Shown: in pieces, positions 9,887 to 20,178 of the stretch
Position numbering within the stretch: the stretch's first letter is position 1
Layout of the letters: each line of letters opens with the position of its first letter
Origin: Candidatus Cloacimonadales bacterium
GTDB lineage: Bacteria > Cloacimonadota > Cloacimonadia > Cloacimonadales > JAFGVF01
Direction: 5' to 3'
Length of the DNA: 64,000 bases
NCBI GenBank assembly: GCA_963662585.1
Contig: OY759729.1
Coordinates: 1,316,947-1,380,946 of the forward strand
Position numbers and translations under genes: made by a program
The notes under the pieces: generated by a model
Told to the model about the DNA's origin: nothing
Databases searched by the model: none
The model's input: only the letters and a program-made list of their open reading frames with translations

Positions 9887-12800
9887 ATGTATAAAAGTAT
9901 AGATTTAAAAGAGTCACCTGCTCTTCTTGAAGAGAGAGTCAGGAATTATTGGCAGGAAAAAAATACCCATAAGAAAAGTATAGATAATAGAGAAGGGGCA
10001 GAGCAATTTGTTTTCTTCGAAGGACCTCCTACAGCTAATGGAAAACCAGGAATCCACCATGTAATGGCCAGAACCTTGAAAGATTCAGTATGTCGTTACA
10101 AGACAATGCAAGGGTTTCAGGTAAAGCGTAAAGCTGGTTGGGATACTCATGGTTTACCAGTAGAAATTGAAGTTGAAAAAAGTCTTGGTTTAGATGGAAA
10201 ACCTGAAATAGAAAAATATGGTATCGAAGCATTTAATAAAAAATGTAAAGAATCTGTCTTTACTTACGAAGGTTTATGGCGTAAAATGACAGAACAAATG
10301 GGGTATTGGGTCGATTTAGACAATCCTTATATCACACTTGATAATAATTATATCGAGACAGTTTGGTGGATTCTTAATGACTTCTTTAAAAGAGATTTAC
10401 TCTATAAGGGACACAAGATTGTTCCTTATTGCCCAAAATGTGGCACTCCCCTCTCTTCCCACGAGGTTGCTCAAGGTTATAAAGATGTAAATGATCCTTC
10501 TGTCTTTGTTAAATTCAAAGCTAAAGAAATGGAAAACACCTACTTCTTAGCTTGGACAACAACTCCTTGGACACTTCTCTCAAATGTAGCTTTGGTAGTA
10601 AATCCTAAAGAAACTTATGTTAAAATCAAATTAACAGAAACTCAAGAAAACTTAATTTTAGCTAAAGCCAGACTTTCAGTAGTCGCAGAAGATTATGAGA
10701 TAGTAGAAGAGTATCTTGGTCAAGATTTAGAGCATAAGAGATATGAAAGACTCTATGATTTCTTAGGTGTAGAAGAAGATGGTTGGTTTATCGGAATCGC
10801 TGATTATGTGACTATGGATGATGGTACCGGTGTAGTTCATACAGCTCCTGCTTTTGGTGCTGATGACTATAATATTGGAATGAAATATAAATTACCATTC
10901 ATTAATTTAGTGGATGGAGAAGGTAAATTTATTGAGGCAGTAGAGCCTTGGCAAGGTATCTTTGTAAAAGATGCTGATAAGGGCATCATCAAAGATATGA
11001 AAGAGAGAGAAGTTCTTTATAGAAGAGAACAGATCAACCACAGTTACCCTCACTGCTGGCGTTGTTCATCTCCTCTTATCTATTACGGTAGAGAGTCTTG
11101 GTTTATCAGAACTTCTCAATTTAGAGAAGAGTTAATGAAAAATAACGACACTGTGAATTGGTATCCTGGCTTTGTTGGTGAGAAGAGATTTGGAGAGTGG
11201 CTTAAGAATAATATCGACTGGGCTCTATCCCGCGATAGATTCTGGGGAACTCCTCTAAATGTCTGGGTGTGCGATGATTGTGGAAAATTAGATTCTGTAG
11301 GTTCTATCGAAGAACTTAGAGAAAGAGGATATTATAAAGATGGCTCAAAAGTAGCTGAAGATATAGAATTACACAGACCTTATGTTGATGATATTCATCT
11401 AAAATGTTCTTGTGGTCATGATATGCTCAGAACTCCAGAAGTTATAGATTGCTGGTTTGATTCAGGCGCTATGCCTTTTGCTCAATGGCACTATCCTTTT
11501 GAAAATAAAGATAAATTTGATGGTGAATTATTCCCAGCAGACTTTATCTCTGAAGGTATAGATCAGACTCGTGGCTGGTTCTACTCTCTGCTCGCTATTT
11601 CCACTATTCTTAAAGGAAAAGCTCCTTACAAGAATGTTCTAGTGAATGATTTGATTCTTGACGCTAATGGTATCAAAATGAGTAAATCAAAAGGAAACAC
11701 AGCTGACCCATTCGAATTAATGAAGCAATATGGTGCTGATGTGATTCGTTGGTACTTGCTTTATGTAAGTCCACCTTGGGTTCCTACCAAATTCAATGAA
11801 AAAGGTGTTGCTGAGATTCTAGGTAAGTTCATGGGAACTCTTAAGAATGTCTATTCCTTCTATACTACTTATGCCAACATTGATAAATTCAATGCAAGCG
11901 ACTATGATTTCGATCAGAAAAAAACTGCAGAAATTGATAGATGGATTATCTCTAGAACAAACACCTTAATCAAAGATGTTACTGCTTTTAATGATAGTTA
12001 TGACTTTACTAAGAGTGTAAGAGCTATTCAAGAATTTGTGCTTGATGAAGTTTCAAACTGGTTTGTTAGAAGATCAAGAAGAAGGTTCTGGTCTTTTGAA
12101 CTCAATGATGATAAAAAAGATGCTTACGCCACTCTCAACTTTGTCTTAGAGACTATTGCTAAGCTGATAGCTCCTTTCGCTCCTTACATGGCTGAGGATA
12201 TCTATACTAACTTAACAGGTAAAGAATCTGTTCATTTAGAGAAATACCCTCTTTGTAATGAAGCTGTTATCGATGAGAAATTAGAAGCTGAAATGCAGAC
12301 TATTATTACTCTCGTGGGCTTAGGTCGTTCAGCTCGTAATACCTGTCAAATTAAAGTTAGACAGACATTGCAGACAATCTTTGTTCCTGCTTCCACTCAA
12401 GATGTAGTTGAAAGAATGACAGACCTGCTTGTTGAAGAAATAAATATTAAAGAGATAAAATATATCTCCCGTGATGATGATTTTGTTCATTATGATATGA
12501 AACCAAACTTCAAAGTTATGGGTCCTAAATTCGGTAAAAGTATGAAGCTAATTGCTCAAGCTCTTCCTAAAGAAGATGCTTCTGAAATCATCTCTGCTTT
12601 CAACAAAGGTGAGAGTTATAACTTAGTAATCAATGGTGAAACTTTCCCTATCACTGAAGAGGATGTGGCAATCTCTATTCAACAGAGAGAAGGCTATACT
12701 TTTGAATCTCACAAAGATATGTGGGTAGCTTTAGATACAAGCCTCACTCCTGAGTTAATCAAAGAAGGTTATGCTCGTGAAATCAATAATAAGATTCAAT

Positions 12801-13012
12801 TTACTCGAAAAGAAAATAACTTTGATATCATGGATCGCATAGATGTATTCTATTATGCTGATGAAGAACTTGCTGAAGTATTTACTACTTTTGCAGACTT
12901 CATTGCTTCTGATACTCTTACCGATAACTTCCTAAGAGAAGATAGTAATTCTCAAATGGAAGAGTATGATATTAATGGTAAAAGTCTCTTTATGAGATTA
13001 GTACAAAAATAA
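9887..13012 (+). CDS. ileS: Isoleucine--tRNA ligase (type 2)
   Basis: 1041 aa with a HIGH-region variant (PGIHHVMAR), an exact KMSKS motif and a CP1 editing insertion. Confidence 0.95.
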   Translation: MYKSIDLKESPALLEERVRNYWQEKNTHKKSIDNREGAEQFVFFEGPPTANGKPGIHHVMARTLKDSVCRYKTMQGFQVKRKAGWDTHGLPVEIEVEKSLGLDGKPEIEKYGIEAFNKKCKESVFTYEGLWRKMTEQMGYWVDLDNPYITLDNNYIETVWWILNDFFKRDLLYKGHKIVPYCPKCGTPLSSHEVAQGYKDVNDPSVFVKFKAKEMENTYFLAWTTTPWTLLSNVALVVNPKETYVKIKLTETQENLILAKARLSVVAEDYEIVEEYLGQDLEHKRYERLYDFLGVEEDGWFIGIADYVTMDDGTGVVHTAPAFGADDYNIGMKYKLPFINLVDGEGKFIEAVEPWQGIFVKDADKGIIKDMKEREVLYRREQINHSYPHCWRCSSPLIYYGRESWFIRTSQFREELMKNNDTVNWYPGFVGEKRFGEWLKNNIDWALSRDRFWGTPLNVWVCDDCGKLDSVGSIEELRERGYYKDGSKVAEDIELHRPYVDDIHLKCSCGHDMLRTPEVIDCWFDSGAMPFAQWHYPFENKDKFDGELFPADFISEGIDQTRGWFYSLLAISTILKGKAPYKNVLVNDLILDANGIKMSKSKGNTADPFELMKQYGADVIRWYLLYVSPPWVPTKFNEKGVAEILGKFMGTLKNVYSFYTTYANIDKFNASDYDFDQKKTAEIDRWIISRTNTLIKDVTAFNDSYDFTKSVRAIQEFVLDEVSNWFVRRSRRRFWSFELNDDKKDAYATLNFVLETIAKLIAPFAPYMAEDIYTNLTGKESVHLEKYPLCNEAVIDEKLEAEMQTIITLVGLGRSARNTCQIKVRQTLQTIFVPASTQDVVERMTDLLVEEINIKEIKYISRDDDFVHYDMKPNFKVMGPKFGKSMKLIAQALPKEDASEIISAFNKGESYNLVINGETFPITEEDVAISIQQREGYTFESHKDMWVALDTSLTPELIKEGYAREINNKIQFTRKENNFDIMDRIDVFYYADEELAEVFTTFADFIASDTLTDNFLREDSNSQMEEYDINGKSLFMRLVQK

Positions 13013-13030
13013 AAGATAGTAATATAAATT

Positions 13031-13062
13031 AAAGGGACTGAATAATCAGTCCCTTTTGTTTA
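13031..13062. terminator. Hairpin terminator after ileS (between convergent genes)
   Basis: AAAGGGACTGA-ataa-TCAGTCCCTTT followed by TGTTTATT. Confidence 0.75.
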
Positions 13063-13098
13063 TTATCAGAAAAGATGTTTTTTGTTAAACTTATCTTC

Positions 13099-16000
13099 TT
13101 ACTTCTTGACTTCGCTAGTTACTAAAGTAGCTATTAAATCATTAACTTTTTTTATACCACTTTCGTAATTACATTTAGTAAATACAGCTAGGGCTTCATT
13201 AAGTTTTGTTTTAGCCTCTGCAATTCTTTTTAATTCCAAATCACAGGTAGCCCAATTAAATAAAGCAATTCCTTCACTATGCTTGCTACCTAAGCTATTT
13301 AGTATTTTGAATTCATCAGCAAAGTTTTGCGCTGCATCAGAGTATTTTTTCTGTTCTTTATTCAATATTCCAAGTAATCCATAAGAGTTAGCAACACCCT
13401 CTAAGTCATCAATACTATTTTGATGAGAAATATTCTCCTTAATTAAGTCGTAAGCTAAAAGATATTTTCCGCTTTTTATGTAGATTTGAGCAATAATATT
13501 ATTAACAAAACTCTGAGTTCTTAAATTATTCATTAAGACACCAATATCCCGACACTCTAAAGCATAGTTGAGAGCCTTTTCATTTTCATTTTTAGAGATA
13601 TGGATTAGTGCTAAATTATAAAGAATACGAGATACCTGATTAGTATTCAAACTAAGTCGAGCTATTTCTAAAGCTTCAAGAAGAAGTGATAAGGATTCGG
13701 AGACATTCTTCTCATTATACTCTAACATAGCTAAATCAGACATAATCCTACATTTGGTAATTCTGTTACCGGTCTCTTCTGAGTATTTTAATGCTTTAAG
13801 ATAATAACTTTTTGCTTGATATTTATCTCCCAGATGATAGGTCATAACACCAATATTGTGAGCTCCACTTGCCATAAGATCAGAAGTATTCAAACTTTCA
13901 ATTAGGTTTAAATTCAACTTAAAATAGTGAAGAGCATCATAATATTTTGATTTCTCCATAAAATAAACACCTAACAAATTCGCTATTCTACTAATATAGA
14001 GGTCATTATCAGAATCTAGATACTTATCTAATAACTCTATGGATATCTTTTCAAACTCTTCTCCTCGGTTAAGATATCTGAGTGAATCTAAGTAATAGAT
14101 AGTCAAATGAATTTTGTATTCCGAACCTTCATAAAGCTCAATAATTTCTTGAGTGAAAGCTACTAATTCCTTATACTTCTCTTGCACAAAAAGTGCTTTC
14201 GCTTTTAGATAATTTAGTTTAAACCAGTGAACAGTATTAGGTTTAATAATTGCCTCTAATTCTTCAATACCCTGATTGGATATATCTAACCTACTCTCCT
14301 CTAGATTGACCTCAACTATTTTCAATTTTGTATCAATCATTATTTCCTCATCATTTATGTTATTTGCTTTTATATATTCAAGAAGTTGCAGACAGTATTT
14401 TAGTGCTGCACCATATTTATGATATTTAATAGAATCATCAATTGCTAATCTCAAATAGTGAATTGATTTTTCTAATAGCTCTCCATTTATGGAGTTGTAA
14501 ATCAATTCTTCAAAGTGGTTATGAATATTATCTTGATAAATTTTTTCCATTGATATTACAGCTTTCTTATGAATATTTACACTTTGACTTACTAATAGCA
14601 ACTTATAAATGCAATCACGATATATAGTATTTCTAAAAACATAATTAAATTCTAGAGCAGGATACCAGAGGTTTTCAATCTCGCCCTCGGCAAGAAATCG
14701 AGAAATATCATTCCCACCCATCATCTCTTGCAAAATTCTCTTATCAAACTTGTTTCCTAGAACAGTAGCAACCTTTACTACTTTTTTCAAGATATCGTCT
14801 AACTTATCTATCCTCTCAATAATCATTGCTTCTATAGTATCAGGAATTGAGAATGTATCTTCTAAAAGATATTTATCTTCATTAAGTAATTTTCCCCGCT
14901 TGATATAACTTACAATTTGCTCTATATAAAAAGGATTACCTTTAGATTGTTCTATTATTCTAGTTAGAAGTTTATCTGTGATTTTAATGTTATCTTCTAA
15001 GTCATCATAAAGAAATGATTTAACCATCTTTATTGAATCATTTTGATTCAGATTAGATAATTCAAAGCACTTATTTTCTTGTGAAATCCCTAAATCATCA
15101 AATAAATTAATTTGTTGGTTTCGACTTAAGATAATTATCGTTATAGGATAATCCTTGATGAGTGGATAGAAATAGCGCAGGAAGTTATAACTTTCAGGAT
15201 CGATAGAATCGAAATTATCTATAATCATGACTGTCGGAAGATTTAAAGAAAGAAGTCTAAAAATGTTTGTCACTGCATATAGAGTATTTTCATACCTATT
15301 TTTAATTATTTCGCTATCTACATTATCTGCGAGAAATTCCTTAATCCCCAATAAATTCTCAAACAAACTTATGCCACTATTCAACTCATGAATCAAAGTC
15401 TTATTACTTACATTCTGAGCTAAGGAATCAATTATTTTGACAATTTTATTTCTATTAACTTGATAATCATCAGAATCAATTATCTTAAAATAGTATTTAA
15501 AAAAGGATAATAAAGGATTGTAATTTTGCCTTAGAACCGAATCACATTCCATATAAACCCAGGAGTAATTCGTTTTTCCTAACAGATTCACTAACTCTGC
15601 AACAATTCTTGTTTTACCTATTCCTTCATCTCCGTATATATTTAGGATTTTTGAGACTACTTTAGATGTAGAGTCATTTATTTTATTACTTATGGAGACA
15701 AGTTGCTCTTCCCTACCTACAAATTTGTTATTGAAAGAGAGAAACTCACTTATATATTTTGGTGCGGTTAGTACATAAGTTGGGACTTTTGCCTGGAATC
15801 CTTTATAATTCCTATAACCTTTCATTATAATTTTAAAGTTCTTACGAGCTTTATTATAAATATATTTATCTACCAATATTTCATTATTGCTTGCCTGTAT
15901 AGCCATCTGAGCAGAAAGATTAACAGACATCCCCAATACTGTGTATTCTCCCCGAGTATTGCTACCCACAAAACCTGCATAAGCTTCTCCATAACTAATG

Positions 16001-16887
16001 CCTATTCTAGAGACATTGGCATGATAATTTCTTACTTCCAGGGCAAAATTACAAGCTCTAATTGAGGCGTTATGAAAAGCCTTAGGAGCGCCAAAAATTA
16101 CTAAAATAACCATTCCTTTATCAGAGTAATCTACTTTATTGAAGTAACCTCCATAGCGCAGAGATAAATCCATAACCCTTATTATAAATCTATCCTTATC
16201 TTCTGAATCTTCAAAAGCAATAAAGCAACTAACTACTTTTCTAAACTCACCTATTTTATCATGATTTCTTAAAATTGGAGGTAAAAACAAATCATAATTT
16301 TTATAAATAACATCCTTATACTCAATGCTCTTCTGATCTGTTTCATGCCCCTTATTACTTACAGGAAAAGAGTAGTTTACTTCCCCTCTACTAGCTTTCA
16401 TTATAGCTTGAATAGCTGAATCAACACCACAACCTGAGAAAAGATAGGTTGAATAATAATCAGACTTAAAAATATCAAGACAGACCTCTCCAAAGCCAAC
16501 CCCGACTTTGATAGAGATAAGAAAAGAAAGTTCAAAATTGTTCTCAGAATTATAGTCATCTACTGAAGTGATTATTTGAGAAGTTAGTTTGGGAAAATCA
16601 ATATGAGCAATTTCATTATCCGGGAAAATTGCTATAAAAGAATCACCTGCGAATGATGAAATAAATCCGTGATGTTCTTCAATAATTGTGATTAGAGGTT
16701 CAAAGAGTTTTCTAATTATCTTAGCAAGTTCTTCTGCCCCTGCAGAGCCCCTATCCATTAAGAGTTGGGTTAATTCAGTAAATCCTGAAATATCAATAAT
16801 CAAGATATGGGCGAATAACTCTTTTCTATACTTACCCTTTATAAATTCATTTAATACAAAATCTGGAACAAAACTTTTATATTTCAT
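13099..16887 (-). CDS. Signal-transduction STAND protein: tandem class III cyclase-homology domains - AAA/NACHT-like ATPase - TPR array
   Basis: The first cyclase-homology domain (CHD) has ILIIDISGFTELTQ...AGDSFIAIF...VGVGFGEV. The second, degenerate CHD has VILVIFGAPKAF...GISYGEAYAGFVGSNTRGEYTVLGMSVNLSAQMA. Walker A is YGDEGIGKTRI. The C-terminal ~450 aa are TPR-like repeats. Confidence 0.7.
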   Translation of the reverse strand: MKYKSFVPDFVLNEFIKGKYRKELFAHILIIDISGFTELTQLLMDRGSAGAEELAKIIRKLFEPLITIIEEHHGFISSFAGDSFIAIFPDNEIAHIDFPKLTSQIITSVDDYNSENNFELSFLISIKVGVGFGEVCLDIFKSDYYSTYLFSGCGVDSAIQAIMKASRGEVNYSFPVSNKGHETDQKSIEYKDVIYKNYDLFLPPILRNHDKIGEFRKVVSCFIAFEDSEDKDRFIIRVMDLSLRYGGYFNKVDYSDKGMVILVIFGAPKAFHNASIRACNFALEVRNYHANVSRIGISYGEAYAGFVGSNTRGEYTVLGMSVNLSAQMAIQASNNEILVDKYIYNKARKNFKIIMKGYRNYKGFQAKVPTYVLTAPKYISEFLSFNNKFVGREEQLVSISNKINDSTSKVVSKILNIYGDEGIGKTRIVAELVNLLGKTNYSWVYMECDSVLRQNYNPLLSFFKYYFKIIDSDDYQVNRNKIVKIIDSLAQNVSNKTLIHELNSGISLFENLLGIKEFLADNVDSEIIKNRYENTLYAVTNIFRLLSLNLPTVMIIDNFDSIDPESYNFLRYFYPLIKDYPITIIILSRNQQINLFDDLGISQENKCFELSNLNQNDSIKMVKSFLYDDLEDNIKITDKLLTRIIEQSKGNPFYIEQIVSYIKRGKLLNEDKYLLEDTFSIPDTIEAMIIERIDKLDDILKKVVKVATVLGNKFDKRILQEMMGGNDISRFLAEGEIENLWYPALEFNYVFRNTIYRDCIYKLLLVSQSVNIHKKAVISMEKIYQDNIHNHFEELIYNSINGELLEKSIHYLRLAIDDSIKYHKYGAALKYCLQLLEYIKANNINDEEIMIDTKLKIVEVNLEESRLDISNQGIEELEAIIKPNTVHWFKLNYLKAKALFVQEKYKELVAFTQEIIELYEGSEYKIHLTIYYLDSLRYLNRGEEFEKISIELLDKYLDSDNDLYISRIANLLGVYFMEKSKYYDALHYFKLNLNLIESLNTSDLMASGAHNIGVMTYHLGDKYQAKSYYLKALKYSEETGNRITKCRIMSDLAMLEYNEKNVSESLSLLLEALEIARLSLNTNQVSRILYNLALIHISKNENEKALNYALECRDIGVLMNNLRTQSFVNNIIAQIYIKSGKYLLAYDLIKENISHQNSIDDLEGVANSYGLLGILNKEQKKYSDAAQNFADEFKILNSLGSKHSEGIALFNWATCDLELKRIAEAKTKLNEALAVFTKCNYESGIKKVNDLIATLVTSEVKK

Positions 16888-16921
16888 CTATCTCCCAAGT
16901 ATTTAGTCTTTCATTAATCTT

Positions 16922-16953
16922 GTGTAAAATACAACCCTCGGCTGAGGGTTGTT
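16922..16953 (-). terminator. Hairpin terminator after the T9SS repeat protein
   Basis: ACAACCCTC-ggct-GAGGGTTGT. On the minus strand it is followed by ATTTTAC. Confidence 0.6.
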
Positions 16954-16987
16954 TATTACACATATATGCTTTATTATGGAGAGAAGA

Positions 16988-19969
16988 TTATTTAGTCAAT
17001 ATAATTTTTCTTGTAATATGAATATTCTTTTGTTCCAATCTAACAAAATAGATACCTGAAGCAACTCTAGAGCCTCTATTGTTATCTCCATTCCAGATAA
17101 CACTATGACTTCCTATAGCTCTCTTTTCATTAAGTAAAGATTTAACAACTTGTCCTTTTAAGTTATATATTTTAACATTAACAATACCTTCTTCTGCAAC
17201 ATTGAAAAGAATATTAGTTGTAGGATTGAAAGGATTAGGATAGTTACTCAAGCAAACTTCAGAATTTACTGCAGGAGTATAATCTTTATTTCCAACAAAT
17301 TCAAATACCCCAAGATCTGGTATTGTACCATCACTATCTGGTGTTTCTACAGGATCACCTGCATCAATACAAGGAGATGAAGGATTTAATTGATACTCAG
17401 CAAATTTATCTATAAAATCGCTCTTATCGGCATCATCATCAATATTACCTACAAAGTCTGGAACTTCGTTTATGTTAGCAATACCAGGATATATCTCGCC
17501 ATCAGGTAATGAAATATTGTTATAACGAGCATCAATATAATCGTAATTTTGGACAATGTTATTACCAGGATTTTCTTTCCAAATAATGTTATTAACCAAT
17601 TCTGATGGTGTATAACGGGAAGATAAACCTTTATCGTAATTAACTATAGTATTATGCTTCATAATATTGTTATCAATATTAGTAACATCAACACCTTTAG
17701 AGTTATTCTTGTGATAAGTGATGAATACTAGATTTCTGTTAATTGTACTTACAGAATTTGTACCACTAACTGCTATCGCAGGATCACATGATTTTACAAC
17801 ATTATTATTAATGATAGCATCAATTTTACCTGTAAAATCAATACCTTTATAATTACCTCTTCTTGCTTCTGTTTGATAGATTTCAGTATGTTCAACTTTT
17901 GCTTCAACTGAGGTATTATAGTTATTTTTCAAGTAGATTGATTTATCAAAATCTGTGATGTGCCCATTATCTACAAAGAGATTAACTGCTCCTTTAAAGT
18001 AGAGAGCTTTTGAATTTGCTCTTTCATTATTATTATCATTACTTATAACTGCGTTTAAAATATTTGCATTAACAGGTGTTGATCCTGAAACGAAATATAT
18101 AGCATTATCGTAATTTTGGATATTTATAGTATCAATATTTATAGAGTTATCACCTTTTGATTTAATTCCATAATTATTTCTAGCAGATACATTGTTAGGT
18201 AATAAGATATCAGTTAAAGTTTGTTCACCTTCAGATTTGAATTCAAATCCTATATCATAGTTTTCAACTTCAATGTTATTAGCAGTAAGGCTAATTTTAC
18301 CATCTATGGTGATACCATTAGTATTACCTCTTACATTGTTTTTCCAGCTATCTGGTGAGTAATAAATTCTTATTACATCCATAGTTGGAGTTGTTGGTTC
18401 GTGTCCGTCGTCCTCATCACCATCACCATCTGCATCTGCTTTGATTGTTATACCTTCATCATAGTTTTCAATTTCAACATCTGTAAAGGCAGGATTAATT
18501 TTACCATCTACAACAATAGCTTTTGTAGTAACACTTCTATTACTTTTCCAGCTATCTGGTGAGTAATAAATTCTTATAACATCCATAGTAGGGGTAGTTG
18601 GTTCGTGCCCGTCGTCCTCATCGCCATCACCATCTGCATCAACTTTGATTGTGATACCTTCATCATAGTTTTCTATTTCAACATCTGTAAAGGCAGGATT
18701 AATTTTACCATCTACAACAATAGCTTTTGTAGTAACACTTCTATTACTTTTCCAGCTATCTGGTGAGTAATAAATTCTTATAACATCCATAGTAGGGGTA
18801 GTTGGTTCGTGTCCGTCGTCCTCATCACCATCACCATCTGCATCAACTTTGATTGTGATACCTTCATCATAGTTTTCTATTTCAACATCTGTAAAGGCAG
18901 GATTTACTTCACCTTCAACATAGATTCCTTTAGTAGTAACTGTTCGGTCACTTTTCCAGCTATCTGGTGAGTAATAAATTCTTATAACATCCATTGTAGG
19001 AGTAGTTGGTTCGTGTCCGTCGTCCTCATCACCATCACCATCTGTATCAGCTTTAATAGTGATACCTTCATCATAGTTTTCTATTTCAATATTAGTAAAT
19101 ACAGGATTTACTTCACCTTCAACATAGATTCCTTTAGTAGTAACTGTTCGGTCATCTTTCCAGCTATCTGGTGAGTAATAAATTCTTATAACATCCATAG
19201 TTGGTGTAGTTGGTTCGTGTCCGTCGTCCTCATCCCCGTCACCATCTGTATCAGCTTTAATAGTGATACCTTCATCATAGTTTTCTATTTCAATATTAGT
19301 AAGAGTTGGCTCAACCTTAGTATCCATATAGATACCTTTTGTAGTAACAGTTCTATTATTCTTCCAACTATCTGGTGAATAATATATTCTTATAACATCC
19401 ATAGTAGGGGTAGTAGGTTCATGTCCGTCATCTTCATCACCATCACCACCTGTATCAGCTTTAATGGTAACACCAGTCATATATCCATAGATATCTACAT
19501 GATTAATTTCAGATTGATTTCCATCACCAATATAGAGTCCTTCTTCAAAATCATTTGTTCCATAACCAATAATATTAGTATAATCAACATAATTTGTTTT
19601 GTAAAGGGATAATCCTTTACCAGCACCGATGATATTTGTAAAAGTGAAATTACTACCTTCAGAGTGGACTTCAATTCCTTGCCAAATTGTTGTTTCAGAG
19701 AGACCTTGAATATAGACAAGATTATCTTCAACACCATTAACACTTAAAATTCCGTAAGCAGTAATACTTGCATCTTCAATAACTAATACTGTGACTCCAG
19801 GATCAATTGTTAATGTTTCTCCTTGAGGAATTTCAATATCAGTAGTGATAATGTAAGGACTGCCCTCTTCATTCCAATTACCATAATTAGAATTTTCTTC
19901 AATTAAAGTTTCGGAGAAGAGCCCTAAAGTTAAAAGTAAAAGACTAAATAATAATAAAAACTTTTTCAT
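16988..19969 (-). CDS. Secreted beta-helix-like surface protein with six 68-aa acidic repeats and a T9SS-type C-terminal sorting domain
   Basis: Signal peptide (MKKFLLLFSLLLLTLGLFSE). Six copies of ...ITIKADTDGDGDEDDGHEPTTPTMDVIRIYYSPDSWK.... The C-terminal ~80 aa (YPNPFNPTTNILFNV...IYNLKGQVV...SGIYFVRLE) are typical of Por/T9SS secretion tails. Confidence 0.8.
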   Translation of the reverse strand: MKKFLLLFSLLLLTLGLFSETLIEENSNYGNWNEEGSPYIITTDIEIPQGETLTIDPGVTVLVIEDASITAYGILSVNGVEDNLVYIQGLSETTIWQGIEVHSEGSNFTFTNIIGAGKGLSLYKTNYVDYTNIIGYGTNDFEEGLYIGDGNQSEINHVDIYGYMTGVTIKADTGGDGDEDDGHEPTTPTMDVIRIYYSPDSWKNNRTVTTKGIYMDTKVEPTLTNIEIENYDEGITIKADTDGDGDEDDGHEPTTPTMDVIRIYYSPDSWKDDRTVTTKGIYVEGEVNPVFTNIEIENYDEGITIKADTDGDGDEDDGHEPTTPTMDVIRIYYSPDSWKSDRTVTTKGIYVEGEVNPAFTDVEIENYDEGITIKVDADGDGDEDDGHEPTTPTMDVIRIYYSPDSWKSNRSVTTKAIVVDGKINPAFTDVEIENYDEGITIKVDADGDGDEDDGHEPTTPTMDVIRIYYSPDSWKSNRSVTTKAIVVDGKINPAFTDVEIENYDEGITIKADADGDGDEDDGHEPTTPTMDVIRIYYSPDSWKNNVRGNTNGITIDGKISLTANNIEVENYDIGFEFKSEGEQTLTDILLPNNVSARNNYGIKSKGDNSINIDTINIQNYDNAIYFVSGSTPVNANILNAVISNDNNNERANSKALYFKGAVNLFVDNGHITDFDKSIYLKNNYNTSVEAKVEHTEIYQTEARRGNYKGIDFTGKIDAIINNNVVKSCDPAIAVSGTNSVSTINRNLVFITYHKNNSKGVDVTNIDNNIMKHNTIVNYDKGLSSRYTPSELVNNIIWKENPGNNIVQNYDYIDARYNNISLPDGEIYPGIANINEVPDFVGNIDDDADKSDFIDKFAEYQLNPSSPCIDAGDPVETPDSDGTIPDLGVFEFVGNKDYTPAVNSEVCLSNYPNPFNPTTNILFNVAEEGIVNVKIYNLKGQVVKSLLNEKRAIGSHSVIWNGDNNRGSRVASGIYFVRLEQKNIHITRKIILTK
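18254..19477 (-). repeat. 204-bp in-frame tandem repeat, 6 copies
   Basis: GGTTCGTG(T/C)CCGTCGTCCTCATC recurs at 18397, 18601, 18805, 19009 and 19213, with a diverged copy at 19417. This is an exact 204-bp period. Copies 4 and 5 encode identical 68-aa units. Confidence 0.9.
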
Positions 19970-20026
19970 AATATCCTCATTTATAGGTTTATTTTTTTAA
20001 TTTTTCGATTTCATAGTTTATTATAA

Positions 20027-20042
20027 TGCAAGATAGCTTCCA
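20027..20042 (-). promoter_or_regulatory. Candidate sigma-54 (-24/-12) promoter for the T9SS repeat protein
   Basis: The minus strand reads TGGAAG-ctatc-TTGCA, with the canonical GG-N10-GC spacing. It lies about 58 nt upstream of the ATG at 19969 and immediately downstream of an NtrC-type activator gene. Confidence 0.45.
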
Positions 20043-20178
20043 TAAGTTTTTCTAATAACATATATTTTTTAAATTAATATATTCTAGAAACTTACAGTAT
20101 TTTTTTATGAAATTAACAGTCTAAATTTTCTTCTCAAAACATAATAATGAGGCAATTTTGAGAAGTTTCACACATTTG

